A DNA stretch of 64,000 nucleotides, taken from the NCBI RefSeq assembly GCF_009914755.1, contig NC_060927.1; one strand, given 5' to 3'. Position 1 is the first letter of the stretch. Every line of letters starts with the position of its first letter. The stretch comes from the human T2T-CHM13v2.0 reference genome, Homo sapiens. A model generated the notes under the pieces. That model saw only the letters and a list, made by a program, of their open reading frames with translations, did not search any database and had not been told where the DNA came from. Shown piece by piece: positions 27,501 through 42,810 of this stretch. Made by a program: the position numbers and the translations under genes.

Positions 27501-27921
27501 TGAGGATTTAAAATGAAAATTAGACATACTCATTCTCTCAAGATATTTTATTCTACTACATGACCAATCATAAATCTTTAAGTCTCTGGATACAGTACAT
27601 AAAAACTGGAAATGTTTTTCTTTCACCAATAGATTGCACCAAATATGCTACTTTTTTGCTTTCATTTGGCCATTATGTTTTTAAAAAGTCAAAGTGACTT
27701 CCTTTGTGATAGGTAGTATAAATTTAGATAGAAAACAATTATTGTCTTTGATATCTATTAAAAAAGTAAAGCATGTTCACTGTAGGAAAATCAGGAAGTA
27801 CTGAAGAATATAAAGAACCAAACCAAATAAAGCAGAGGTTAAAAAATAATAACTAGTAATAATCTTACTACCTAAGAGCAATCACTTAACTTAGTGTTTT
27901 TCTTACCAGTCTTTTTAAAAA

Positions 27922-27930
27922 TGTGTGTGT

Positions 27931-27972
<42 letters not shown>
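27922..27972. repeat. (TG)n microsatellite
   Basis: About 25 TG units with one interruption. Confidence 0.95.
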
Positions 27973-27974
<2 letters not shown>

Positions 27975-29759
27975 AGTTGGGATCATATGCAGGGAATTTC
28001 ATTTTCTACATTTTTCATTTAACATTTTTTGGGTGGTGGTGGTGATGAGGAATGTACCAGGCCCTGTTTTATAACCTTTTTCTTAGAATTATGCAACTTC
28101 CTCCCAAATTTCAGAAGACTGTTCTTCTTGGAATAAAAGCAACAACAACCCTTACCCACAAGGACGTGCCCTATGGGATGCTATTGGAAGCAAGTATCAT
28201 AAATCCTGACTCAAATTAAACAATAAGGAAATTTATTGTTCCACGTTATTAGGCATCCAGAGGTAATTCAGGCTTCAGCGGTTGCTTGATATAGTGGCAC
28301 AATATCTTCAAGGACCAAGGTCCTTCCCATATTGCCTCTCCGCTGTCCACCCGATTGGCTTTGTCCCTGGGTTGATGGCAGCAATTAGGTCAATGGGCTT
28401 CCTTATGGATGCCTAGAGGGAAACAGAAAAGTACAGCATGAAAGTCCTCCTGTAACTTGGGGGTCCCATTGGTCCAGTTTAGGTTACATTCCTGCCTGGG
28501 CACCATTAGCAGTTGTCTTGTGCAGTGCTTAAACCTGGGATCCAGAAGGACTGGCCTCAATCTATTGGAACCCTCCCTGGAGCTGAGGATGGTGCCATCT
28601 TTTCCTGCATCACAAAGCTGTATGGGGAAGGGCTGACTACCTCCACAAAGTTGGAATTCTTTTGGTGGGAATGGATGTGATGCTGAATGGGTATCCAACA
28701 TCATCCAGCAAAAGGGCCCCTTACAATGTCTCTCCTGCCTACCCTCTCCACTTCTCCAGTCTCACCTTGCATTGTGGTCCCCCACCTCTTTGGCTCCAGC
28801 TTCTACAGGTTATGTTCTCAACCTCAGGCCCTCTTGTCCATGCTGCTCCCTCTTCCTGGGATGCTCTTGCCTCCTCTCCTCTCATTTCCTAGTTAATTCC
28901 TACCCATCCTTCAAATGTTAGCTGAGCTCCCCTGTCCCCTGATGAGGTCAAATCTCTTATTCCTCTTCCTTTCTGGCACTTGGTAGTGTTCAGTCCTTAC
29001 TTAATTGCGTCTTTCTTGACTAAGGTTTCTTTGTTTTCCGCTAATTCTAGCCTCCCTTAGGGTGGAAATTACCTCACCATTTTATTTCCTGTGCCTAACA
29101 CAGTGCCTGAAATATGTAAGGTGCACAACACATAACTTGTGAATAAAATATGACTGAAATTAATTTTAAGCAGAAGTTAGCCGCCAGCATAAAAAGATGA
29201 AATTTAATGTTCAAAATCTAAATTTAGTATTTACCCTTGTTTATTTCAAGTATTATCCTATAGGGGAACAGGGATGGCATTTCAAAGCTGACTCTATTAG
29301 GGAGGCCCTGAGAATGTGGAGACCAGGGGAGACGAGTATGTGGTAATTGTAAGTTTGCCATACCATGTGGTTAGGTGGTAACTTACCACCCTATTGTGCC
29401 AGATCTCATGGGATTGATTGCTTGTTTATAGGGGCAAATAATAGCCTGGTGCCCCCCTCCTTTTCTTATTTTGTCACCTTAAGAAGGTGAATTCCCTTTT
29501 TCTCAGTGAGAAAGGGATAATTTTGGATGCGAATTATGAGAGAAATGAGAATATAGTCAAGGTGTGAAGTTTCTCCTGGGTAATATTTTTGTTTCATTTA
29601 ATGAGAAAATATAGACATTCTGTTAAGAAATCAAATAGTTTATATATTTTAAACCTTCCATATTTTGAAGATTTATTGAAGAATATTGTTAAAATGCTAA
29701 TAACTCATGAGGCTTCGCAGAATTGATATTAAACTTCTACCTATAAAGATATTAATACA

Positions 29760-30053
29760 GGCCAGGCACAGTGGCTCACGCCTGTAATCCCAGCACTTTG
29801 GGAGGCCGAGGTAGGCAGATCACTTAAGGTAAGGAGTTCGAGACCAGCCTGGCCAACATGGTGAAACCTCATCTCTACTAAAAATGCAAAAATTAGCCAG
29901 ATGTGGTGGCACGTGCCTGTAATCCCAGATACTTGGGAGACTGAGGCAGGAGAATCACTTGAACCCGGGAGGCAGAGGTTGCAGTGAGCTGATTGTGCCA
30001 CTGCACTCCAGCCTCTGTGATAAGACTCCGTCTCAAAAAAAAAAAAAAAAAAA
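29760..30053 (+). mobile_element. AluS
   Basis: Full dimer; TSD aaagata(t/c)taataca. Confidence 0.93.
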
Positions 30054-30126
30054 GATACTAATACAAATGGTCATGGAGGGGGAATATAGAGAAGATCAAT
30101 TTTGTACAGAAAAACCATTGGTTAGT

Positions 30127-30276
30127 ATTTTTTTTTCTTTTGGATTTCTTTTTATTATTATTATTATACTTTAAGTTCTAGGGTACATGTGCACAATGTG
30201 CAGGTTTGTTACGTATGTATACATGTGCCATGTTGGTGTGCTGCACCCGTTAACTCGTCATTTACAATAGGTATAC
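30127..30276 (-). mobile_element. 5'-truncated L1PA 3' end
   Basis: ttattatactttaagttctagggtacatgtgcacaatgtgcaggtttgttac...ctcgtcatttaca is the antisense L1PA terminus. Confidence 0.92.
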
Positions 30277-31198
30277 ATTTTCCTATACCCTTAAGTCTAA
30301 GGATGTAGAAAACAGTCTTTGTTTATATTATGTTAATGTCTGCCTACTATCTCATTGTCTGAGCATGCTCTGTCTAACCTGAAATTGACATTTCATTCTC
30401 CCCACCTCTTGCTACTATGAATAATGCTTAGGTGACCATCTCACACATAAATTTCAGCATAAATCCTCATTCCAGGTTATGTCCTCTGGACAGATTTCCA
30501 GAAATAGAATTACTGGGATGTCCACTTTTAACGTCCAGCCTCAAAAGCCTTCTGTGCATTCAGTATTTGAAAAATGTGTTGGCTTATCGCGATTCTGAAA
30601 TTGGAGAAGACTAGGCAGAGGAGATGAGGTGTTCAGCTCAGGGCACTGCACTGGCTCACCCACGATAAGGGGCACTCTGCAGGTGTGCCAGGGATGTGGG
30701 CATTGTGATCTGCCCAGACATGCAGATTGTCAGAGAGATGGCTGCATTCGTGGGCAAGTTTCTTGCTTAGACCCCAGAGTGTGAGAACTCTGAGGGGAAC
30801 CCAGGTGAAGTCCATGTCAGCAGCTCACCTTTAAATATTAGACTTGGAATGTGATCAATCAGCAAGCCACAAGGGAGCAAGTATAACTAAAACATGTGCC
30901 TTGCAAAGAGGGCAAAGCTGCAATTTGCCAAGTGCACTATAATTGCTTCTGGTTAATTATCTCAGTGGTGAGCTGGGAGCACCAAAGGCAAACACTTACA
31001 TCCACATTGTGGATAAAAATACTGCCACTTCTTGGATGATCCTAATTTCGGCTGTCAAGATGTGGACAATGCGCATCCAGTTCCTTTGGATAGTAAGAGA
31101 TGGATAATGATTTCAGATAGCTCCAGTTTTTGGATCATCAATTTTTATCATCATTATAATTACTTATAATAATAAAGTAATATAATTATTCATAATAA

Positions 31199-31625
<427 letters not shown>

Positions 31626-31749
31626 GTACTTTCATGATTTTCAGATTTGGGAACTGAAGCTTAGAGAGATTAAGTGACTTGTCCAAGGTCACACAGCTGA
31701 TATGGATTCCCAGTTGTTATGTTAGGATCCAGAGATTTCTCTTAGCCAC

Positions 31750-32214
31750 TGTAGCAGACACTGCTGGTGCCCCACCTAGATAGCAGATCTAGGAAGGACC
31801 CCTTTTACCATTCAGTGTGCCCATCCCCCAACTGCTAGAGGTGTTGCTGTTAATAGCTCACACCTGAAACCTTTTCTGTTGCCCTTCAGAGATTAGAGCA
31901 ACTTTACCTGGAAGTGCCTAGGGGTAACAGTCAACCTCTATCCTGGAGCAGCACAAAGCTAATAAACAGATGGTGCAGAAGCAAAAAAGCCCAGCTCCCT
32001 TGTTTAAGGTGGCTCAAGTTCTGTGATACAGTGTGGTTCTAGAGCTCCCTGCAGGATCACACTGTGGCCACATGTCACCTAAACTACATCCTTGCCTAAT
32101 TTCTTTTTCCCTAGCCTACTTTCCCCCCCCATGCCATTTCCCCTGAGATCACTCCCTTAGTAAGTGACAAATCCCCTCTCCTGCTCTACTTCTAGGGAGC
32201 CTGACCGAAGATAA
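31750..32214 (+). mobile_element. LTR16-type ERVL solo LTR
   Basis: Starts tgtagcagacactgctggtgccc and ends ttctagggagcctgaccgaagata, resembling LTR16 termini. Confidence 0.55.
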
Positions 32215-33209
32215 ACACTATGCCAAGTTAATTTCTGGTATGTTGTCTGATTTGCTGAAGGAATCCTTCCCATTGAAGCAGTGTTGCCTTGCCTTGTCTC
32301 TATGACTCTGGATACACTTTAGAGCCTTATGTGCCTTCTCTGCAAGATGAAAGAGCTAGATTGGATGGTCCTTAGGCTTCTAGTCCTGGAAGCTGCTGAA
32401 GTTTCCACTCTCTAAAATCCATAGTTTTGTGGCTGTGCCAAAAAAGGGACATTTGTCTTGGTAATGTGCCTCTGGTAGGAAGGCCCCCAGAGAGTGTGAA
32501 CTTACTTTTCTCCTCTCTCTCCATCCCTACTACAGGGGATTCCTGAAGGGACTGGAGTCCACTGGAGCTTGTGAGTGTGAGTGTATGTGACTCAATGGGC
32601 TGGAATAGTCCATTAATTCTGAAATGTCTTTAGGAGAAAATGGCATTCCTGAGGTTAGGCAGTGAGGGCAGCATCCTCCAGCGCAGGAAAGTTACTGTTT
32701 GGGATGGGGTAGGGGTAGGCATTCCATGTCTAGAACAGGTCGGATGAGTGGAGCTAATGGATCTTCGGATTTATTAAGGGGGAGATCACTGGTGACTTTG
32801 ACAAGAGTGGATTCAATGGAATTCACTCTGACTGGAATGCGTTAAATAGAGAATAATGGCAGTGAGGTCTCACAGTTGGCAGCAGTCCTGGAGACTTTCT
32901 GACCGTGGTGACTCTCTGATCATGGTAGTGGTTGCATGGCTTTGAGGTCAACAGTTATAATGCAAGTTTCCAGATCAGGCAGTGCTTCCTTGTCATAGGA
33001 GAAGCAGCAGTCTTTGGTGGTCCATTTCTGCCATTCTAGAAAACTTAAGGTAGTGTCATTTTCTTCAAGTCTCTGATAATTCTGGAAGCTACCTATCTAT
33101 TACTCTGAAATAAGCCCCTTCTGCTTAAAGTTGTTAGAGTATATTCTATATTTTACAACTGAACTCTTACGGGCCTACTTTAGATAGTAGAATTGAAGAT
33201 GCTCTATAA

Positions 33210-33597
<388 letters not shown>

Positions 33598-33822
33598 TCA
33601 AGTCCTCAAATAGAGAGTAGCCATGATTGTCCCCACTGCATAGACAAGGAAATTACAGCACAGAGAAGCTGTTTCTTTTTTTTAAGGTCACACACCTGGA
33701 AAGCAGCAGAACCAGGTCTTGAACCAGGTCTGTCAGATGGCCAGTCCACCATGCTGCCTCATTGGGTAGGGACTGCTCTATCCAGGACACAAGATCTGAA
33801 CAAGTTCCTAATTACAGAAAAG

Positions 33823-33825
<3 letters not shown>

Positions 33826-33870
<45 letters not shown>
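33826..33870. repeat. (TG)n microsatellite
   Basis: About 21 perfect TG units. Confidence 0.95.
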
Positions 33871-33872
<2 letters not shown>

Positions 33873-36529
33873 AAGAAATATCTCTGGGGATAGTTCTCCC
33901 TCTTAAAACTTTAGTAAAATTGGAGTAACTTTAGTATATGGAAGATTAGACATGCTTCTGTTTTGACCATCGTATCAAATCACAAAGATTCCTAAATGGT
34001 AAGGATTTGAAGGCAAGAGGAGAAGGGCTGTTGGAATCCTGAACTCCCAGTGATACAGATAAAAACAGAGGGTCATTTTAGCAAAAGAGAGAAGGGCTTG
34101 GGAGCTGCCATCAAAGAGGTTGAGCTTGGATATACCGAGGGGTGATGTAATGCATCCTCAGATGAGGATTTAAGTCAGAAGCAGAAAAAGAACAAAGGAA
34201 TTGTGGCTAAGCAAAGAAGTGAGAGATGGAAGGGCAGAAGAGCCTCATCCCTAGGAAGGTACACTATACAAGAGGCCACTGTCCTAGCACAGAAGCAAGA
34301 AGAGTCCAGCAGATCTCAGGACCTGCTGTGGCATTAGTGGGAGAGGAGGAGAGAAGCCAACGAAGAAGCTGTAAGGAAAGGTAAGCAAAATAACGAAACA
34401 GAGACAGACACCAAGAAGAAAGGCGTGTGAGATGTGGCTGAGCTTTAATTGGCTCCCCTCAGCCTTTTTTCTGTCAGACAAACATGTGATTCTGACCCAT
34501 CTGTTTTGGTGCCACAGCCTTTTGCTCTCCAACTATCCCTGGATCTGATTGTTATCAGCCTAATCCTAACATAGCCTCGAGGCCCGGTGCGGTCCTTGCA
34601 GGCAGAACTTCCACGTTGCTCAGCTCTGGCCCTTGGGTTTCATTAGCCGCTAATAGCACAGGGACTTGGGCTAGGGATTATTGAGGCTGGACTAGCCTTG
34701 CAACCTTGAAAGAGTTACCCAACCTCTCTGAACCTCAGTTTTGCCACTAGTAAAATGAGAATGATGACAGTACATGTTAAATAGCTTAAATGAGGTAATA
34801 TGCAAGAAAGGCCTAGAAAAGGGGTTGGCACACTGAAAGTTCTCAATTCAGTAAATGCTAACTCTTACTATCATTCTTTGGCACCTTATACTTTCTCTCT
34901 TGTACTCTTACCTGGTGAGAGGGAAAATATTAAGACTTGAAGAACCTGGATTCCTCTTTGGCTCCACCGCTTACTTGATGTGTGATTTGGGAAAATCCCT
35001 AGACCTCTCTAGGCCTCAGTTTTCTCATCTCTACAATGGTTGAACAGACGAAATGGTTGAAATTAATGAGGTCTGTCCATGACAGGATTGTGTAATTTAT
35101 ATTCCAGCAGGGATATTCCTGGAAGGTGAGAGTTTACCATTTCCTTCCGTTCAGGTTGAAGCAGTCTTCAGGTTGGGCTTTGCAGTGACCTAGTTTAGTT
35201 TCATAAATCATTCACTGAGGGCCTGTTTGTCCCAGGCGTGGGGTCAGAAGCTGAGGGTGAGTGTGCCTGGGAGAGGACAAGCCAAACCCCTTTGAGCGAC
35301 GACTCATGTCTAGTGAGAAAATAGGAAGAAATACAAAGCCAATTACAACCTACTGGGGTGCATGCACAAGTTAGAGGTCAGAAGATGGACTGATTTGCTG
35401 GCTGTGGGGGTGGGAGAAGCCTTCATGGAGGAAATGAGGGGTGCTCTCTTCCATGTTCATAAAATTAATATATGTTCAGTGGAAGAAATATGCAAAATGT
35501 AGAAAAGTGCATAGAAAAAAATCCCACTTTGGTGCATGTATGTTCTTCTCGTCCTATGCCTGGTATGTGTGAGTACATGTCCAATATCGAAATCTTGGTT
35601 TGCATAGCATGTTGTCACTTGTTTTTCAACTTTAGCAAAGTACCCTGAAAGAGAATAGGAGTCTGTGGAGGCAAGCAGGGAAAGGAGAGACGGAGAGGGC
35701 AACATTCCAAGCAGCAGTGACAGCATGAGAAGTAGCAGCTTCAGCTTTCTACTTGAAAGATGGTACATTTCTTTCCTAAACACAGCAGCATAGTGACTGG
35801 AAACAGTCACTACTATTCATATAATGAATATGGAGACGAAACAGCATATTCACTTCCATGCATCTTGAGCTTCAAGGTGTAGTCTGTCTAGCAGCAACTG
35901 GCTTGCAATTTACTCAGCAATAAAGAAGGACTTAGTTCTGAAAGCAGACAAACCAGAATCCTTCAGTGGCCCCATAGCTCTTCCCAAGGGAGATGAAATG
36001 AAGGAGCCTCACTGCAGAAAGGATTTGTGATGCTCCAAGGGCCTGCCATGCGCACAGCACGTTCTGAGGAAAGGGGCCCCAAGAGGCTCTCTCTGCTTCC
36101 AATTGTTAGCACTCAGGCTGTGTGTGTACTTGGGGACCCCCCCACTGTGATTCCAGGCATGATCTATTGGACCAGTGACTGGGGCCTGATCTGTGAGCAT
36201 CTGATGCAGGCTGCTTCTGCGGGAGGCCAGCTCATCCCTGAGGTGTCTTGGTGCACAGCTTTCCAACAGGGGTGACCTTTGATGTCAGAGGTTCAGAGCT
36301 GGGCTATGAGAGCTCAGGTTGTCCGCACAACCATGCCAGGCTGATTGCTGCAATCCTACACCAGGCCTGATGGCGCTAGAAACCCCAACAAGCCTGTAGC
36401 TGATGAGGTAGTGTCTGGGGCACCCTCACTTCCTAGCACATCATTATGCTCAACTCCCATCACCAGGATAATCCATGTCTGACTCTTTTAAAAATTGTTA
36501 ACAACTCAAATACAATAGCCTTTCCTGAC

Positions 36530-37101
36530 CAGTTAGTGATGAGCCAGACTGGCTCACACTGGCTCACAGGTATTAATTGTGAGATTCTGGAGAATTCTGT
36601 GAGGTGGTTGTTAAGAACAGCCATTACTACACATTAAATTATATATATATATGCCTGCAATTAAGTAAATTATATTAAAAACAAAGGTAGTGAATACTTG
36701 AGAGCTTGTTTGGAGGTTCTAGCAGCTTCGGGAAGGACATTGAGTGGTGAGGGAAGAAAGGGACACCCGCCTTGCAAGCAAGGTCAGCTGAATCAACCCT
36801 GGTGATCAATGAGGTGACACATGTCACAGCCAGATCACCTTCACATCCAAAGGGAGTAAATACTTGAAACTCATCTCCTCCTAGTTATTTTTTACATTTT
36901 ACTCTTCTCTATGCTTTGGGGATTATTTACATCTATTTTGTGTATATAATGCTGTGCTAGAAGCTTTAGTGACTTCATGTAGATAGCTCTGAATCAGGCA
37001 TGGTAGGAGTATTTACATCTCAGAAATCGGCGAATGTTACAAACCACGGCCTTCCCTTCCCTCTGAAAGCTGGTGATTACACATTTACCAGCACAACCCT
37101 G
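36530..37101 (+). mobile_element. MER63-type (hAT-Blackjack) DNA transposon, split by the 7SK copy
   Basis: ttgttaagaacagccattac...aaattatattaaaaacaaagg | aaactcatc...gtatttacatctcagaaatcggc...acatttaccagcacaaccctg. Confidence 0.7.
36697..36848 (-). pseudogene. RN7SK: 7SK snRNA retropseudogene: nt ~1-131 joined to ~216-240, 3'-truncated, no poly-A
   Basis: Minus strand reads GGATGTGAAGGTGATCTGGCTGTGACATGTGTCACCTCATTGATCACCAGGGTTGATTCAGCTG...CCCGAAGCTGC|TAGAACCTCCAAACAAGCTCTCAAG. Flanked by a ~20-bp TSD, caaagg(t/g)agt(g/a)aatacttga. The symbol given is the parent gene. Confidence 0.93.
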
Positions 37102-38313
37102 CCCTTAGGCACTGGGGGAAGCCGAGCTTCCTGAATGTGCGTTTTGGAGAACAGCATGCCTTGCTCAATTCCACCAGCAAGTCAGCACGGCTAAAGGCTG
37201 GAAACTGTTCTGTATTGGTCACCCATTTATTAATATAATTTCCTCACAGCAAAGGTTTCCCAGGCTGTTCCTTAAGGAGGCAGATACTCTTGATCCACCA
37301 CCCACAGGCCTATTATCATCACTGGATTCTCATTTGACTCTACAATGTAATGAATACAGAACAGCCAGGATACTCCTTCCTCCCTCTCTTCTCACTTGCC
37401 TGTGGCACTGTCTAGGCAGAGCCTAGAGAAGTCTTCAGTGCCCGGGCCACTTGCTGCTAAGTGCAGGTGGCACATGGACCAAACTGGGCTTTGTGGGGAA
37501 GCAATTCCATGCTTCTTTTCACCTCACTGAGAAGACAGTGCCCAGGTCCCTTCTCTGCGCCACCAACTGTGAAGTGGAGGGGTGGCAGGATTCCACCTCC
37601 TGGCCCCCTCTGCCCAGAGGGAGGGGATGGAATTATACCCCATGTCATGGGGGATGTTAAGGAGCTGGCCTATTCCAATCTCCCAGATGCATATCTGTAC
37701 TGCAGAGTGGGTAGAGAGAGCAAAGTGCCCAGCAGCCTTAAAATAAGATGCCGGTTGTCATTGCAGACCCTTGTATCTCACGAGGAATGAACAAGGGGAG
37801 CCTCAGAATGCTGCTGCTGGTCCATGGCCCTGAGCTGGGTCGGGGAAAGAGGCAGACATGGCTTGGACTAAAGAGCTGGGGATGACATGAGATACACAGG
37901 GATCTTCCTGATGCAGTGGGAAACAATTTGCTTTTATTTCTGAAATAAACCCTCAAGTGACCTTGAGGCTTGAGGGTGCCTTTTGGAAACGATCTGTGAT
38001 ACAAAAGTCCTGGCCCAAATGGGAGGGGCTCCAGTGTGCAGGTGACATCAAGGGCATAGGCTTTGGGGCCTGACAGTGGAGCTGGCATCCCAGCTCTGTC
38101 TTTAATGTCTCACTCTGCCTAAATTCCATCATCTTAAACAGGGGCTAATAACGATAACACTTGTCACATAGAGTCCCTTTGAGAATTACATGAAGAATGT
38201 AAAAAGTTTAGCACAGGGCCTGGCATCTAGCAAACACTCAATAAATCCTGGAGCTCCAGGACAGGAATGGGAGAGAGACATTTCTCTCTAAGCTTTGTTA
38301 TACTGCTTGAAAT

Positions 38314-38633
38314 TTTATTTTATTTATTTTATTATTATTATTATTCTTTGCAGACAGGATCTCACTCTATAGCTCAGGATGGAATGCAATGGCACATTCA
38401 TAGCTCACTGCAGGCTTGACCTCCCTGGCACAAGTGATCCTCCCACCTCAGCCTCCTGAGTAGCTGAGACTACAGGCATGCACCACCATATCCAGATAAT
38501 TTTTTAAAATTTTTTCTTAGGGACAGGTCTCTCTATGTTGCCAGGGCTGCTCTCGGACTCCTGGGCTCAAGTGATCTTCCCAGCTTGGCCTCTCAAAGTG
38601 CTGGGATTACAGGCATGAGCCACCACACCCAGC
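38314..38633 (-). mobile_element. AluJ
   Basis: Antisense dimer; TSD ttgaaatttt. Confidence 0.9.
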
Positions 38634-38699
38634 TTGAAATTTTTAGATAAAGTGTCTGTATCACCTGTTTTAAAAATTTTAATTTAAAAAGTCAGTACC

Positions 38700-39365
38700 T
38701 TTTTAAATGACAAATAATAATTATACCTATTCATGGGGTACACAGTGATGTTTTCGTACATATAATGTATGGTGATCAGATCAGGGTCATTAGCATTCAT
38801 CATCTCAAACATGCATCATCATGCATCATCTCAAACATTCATCATCTCAAACATGCATCTTCCTTTGTGTTGGGAACATTCAATATCCTCCTTCTAGCTG
38901 TTTGAAACTATTAGTATATAATATTGTTAACCAGTCATCCTATAGTGTATAGAGCACTAGAATTTACCCTTCTATCTAGCTGTCATTTTGTATCCTTTAA
39001 CAAATCTCTCCCCAAGTCTCCTCTCTTCCCAGCCTCTAGTACCCTTGGCTCTACTTTTTACTTCTTTTTTTTTGCGACCTCTGCCTCCTGGGTCAAGCAA
39101 TTGTCCTGCCTCAGTCTCCTGAGTAGCTGGGATTACAGGCACCCACCACCTTGCCCACCTAATTTTTTTTGTTTTTTTTTGTATTTTTAGTAGAGACAGG
39201 GTTTCGCTATGTTGGCCAGGCTGGTCTCAAACTCGCCTCAGTCTCCCAAAGTGCTGGGATTACAGGCATAAGCCATCATGTCCGAGCTTCTACTTTTTAC
39301 TTCTATGAGATCAAGTTTTTTGCTTTCTTATATGAGTGAGAACATGCAATGTTTAACTTTCTACC
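38700..39365 (-). mobile_element. L1MA-type 3' fragment containing a deleted antisense Alu (39063-39287)
   Basis: tcatggggtacacagtgatgtttt...ctttgtgttgggaacattcaatatcctccttctagc...tatgagtgagaacatgc; Alu flanked by TSD tctactttttacttct. Confidence 0.85.
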
Positions 39366-40041
39366 TATTTTTTTAAAGGTGAGAAAAGTAACAGTGTTCA
39401 CAGACAGTTTTAATGGATTGGGAAAAGGACAAGAAAAGTCCACAAATCTTCCTTCTAAGTGTCATGTCTTCTTTTATAAAATGGGGTAATAATGGCACCA
39501 ACATCCTGAGGTGTTTGTGAGGATAAGGGCTCAGCCCCGTGTCAGGCATATGGTCATTGCTCTGAAGTGCCCCTCAATGGTGACAAGCTCACAATCTTGA
39601 GGCCCTGCATACAGCCTGCTATTCTAGCCTTAGGTTTGCATTTCTCAAACCCAGTACTAAGGGGGATTTCTACAGAAGGAGACCACTCCTCAGCAGGGGA
39701 ACCCCTGCAAGTGGTCCTGGTAGGAACCTCTGGGCTTGGTGCTGAATCTGAGCCCTTTGGCGGGATGGCCAATGCCTCCAGTGCTCCCAGTTCCTGGAAG
39801 GTGGTCAGCAGGCAGGTTCTAGAGCTGAAGCTGGTCCTGACTCTGGTTACCTGCAGTCAAACATGCAGGACTACAGGAGGACAAAAAGGGAGCTCTAGGA
39901 GTTCTGTGCAGCAGGAAAGTTTGAAGCAGAGATAAAGTGTGAGAGGGCAGGCTTAGACAGGTAAAAGGCTTTCCATTGCAAGTTACAGCAAACCCTTCTG
40001 AACCTGCCTGAAGCATAAATGGGCTGTTACTGCCTTACTTA

Positions 40042-40468
40042 TGTTATTAAGAACAAATAGTTCCTCTTCAAAGGGTTTCAGTTCCTGGTTCTTTGTTCTA
40101 TTCTAAAAGGAAATCATACCCATTCATCTATCAGCCCTCCCTCTCTCTGCTGTGCTCAGACGCCCCAAGATGTACCTTACCTATCCTTCCCATCAAACAT
40201 CCACCCTCGCCTCCTTTGATGATGTCAACAGTAGCTAATCGGAATTAGCCTAGATTGTGTGGTCCGACCCCAACACTCAGGGTGAGGGCACAGGAACAGG
40301 GTCTGCTTCAGGGATAAAAAACTCCTGCTCTCCTTTGTTTTGCGCGGTCTCCCTTGCCTCTGTCTTGCATACAGGAAGCGCCTTTCTGTAGAAGTAAATT
40401 GCCTTGCTGAAAGAACTTTTGCCTGAGTGCTGGGTTCACTTTGCGGCACTGAAAATTGGTTTCTAACA
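40042..40468 (+). mobile_element. 5' LTR
   Basis: TG...CA ends; TATA-like gataaaaa; agtaaa poly-A signal variant; aligns gap-free with the 3' LTR. Confidence 0.95.
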
Positions 40469-40471
40469 ATC

Positions 40472-40489
40472 TGGGGGCTCGTCCAGGAG
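40472..40489 (+). promoter_or_regulatory. Primer-binding site complementary to tRNA-Pro
   Basis: tgggggctcgtccaggag versus the complement of the tRNA-Pro 3' end, TGGGGGCTCGTCCGGGAT; lies 3 nt after the LTR. Confidence 0.9.
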
Positions 40490-41092
40490 TCCCATTCTCC
40501 TCCGGGGAAGGGGTCTCTGGTCATCTCCCAGGGGGAGATGCATCCCACTGCGTCACTGTGGTGGCCTCAGGGGCTAGAGATCGAGACCCCACCGACTATG
40601 ACAAATAAACCCAGACTCTCAGCAATGTTGGAAGGAAAGGCTTGCCTACAAACACAATGGCGACCAGGTAACTTTGTGCACAGACCAAAGTAAGAAAAGC
40701 CATGGGGGCAGCGAAGTATTTCCTTGGTGGTCAGGATATCTTGGATGTTGAAAGTGTGTGTGAATAATCACAAGCACTACTGCTTGCGGTGCTGCTTGTG
40801 TGAATAGTGATAAGCACTACTGCTGTGTGGAGTGAGTGGGTCCTTTATGTGGTTCTGTGGTCAACTCATATGTCTTAGAACGGATCCTGCCATGGGGCTT
40901 ATACTGGCATGCCAATGCTAAAAGGGACCTAATTTCCCATGAGGGAAGCAGCCAGATAGGACAAAGCAAATGGAAAGGAGTGCAAGAAAACTCCAGTAAG
41001 GGGGTTTGAGCCTCTAGATAAAAGGGAAGGCTTTAATAAGAGAGGTTAGGCCACACACACACACACTCAAGGGAGCATCCAAAACCTCCAAG

Positions 41093-42809
<1,717 letters not shown>

Positions 42810-42810
<1 letters not shown>

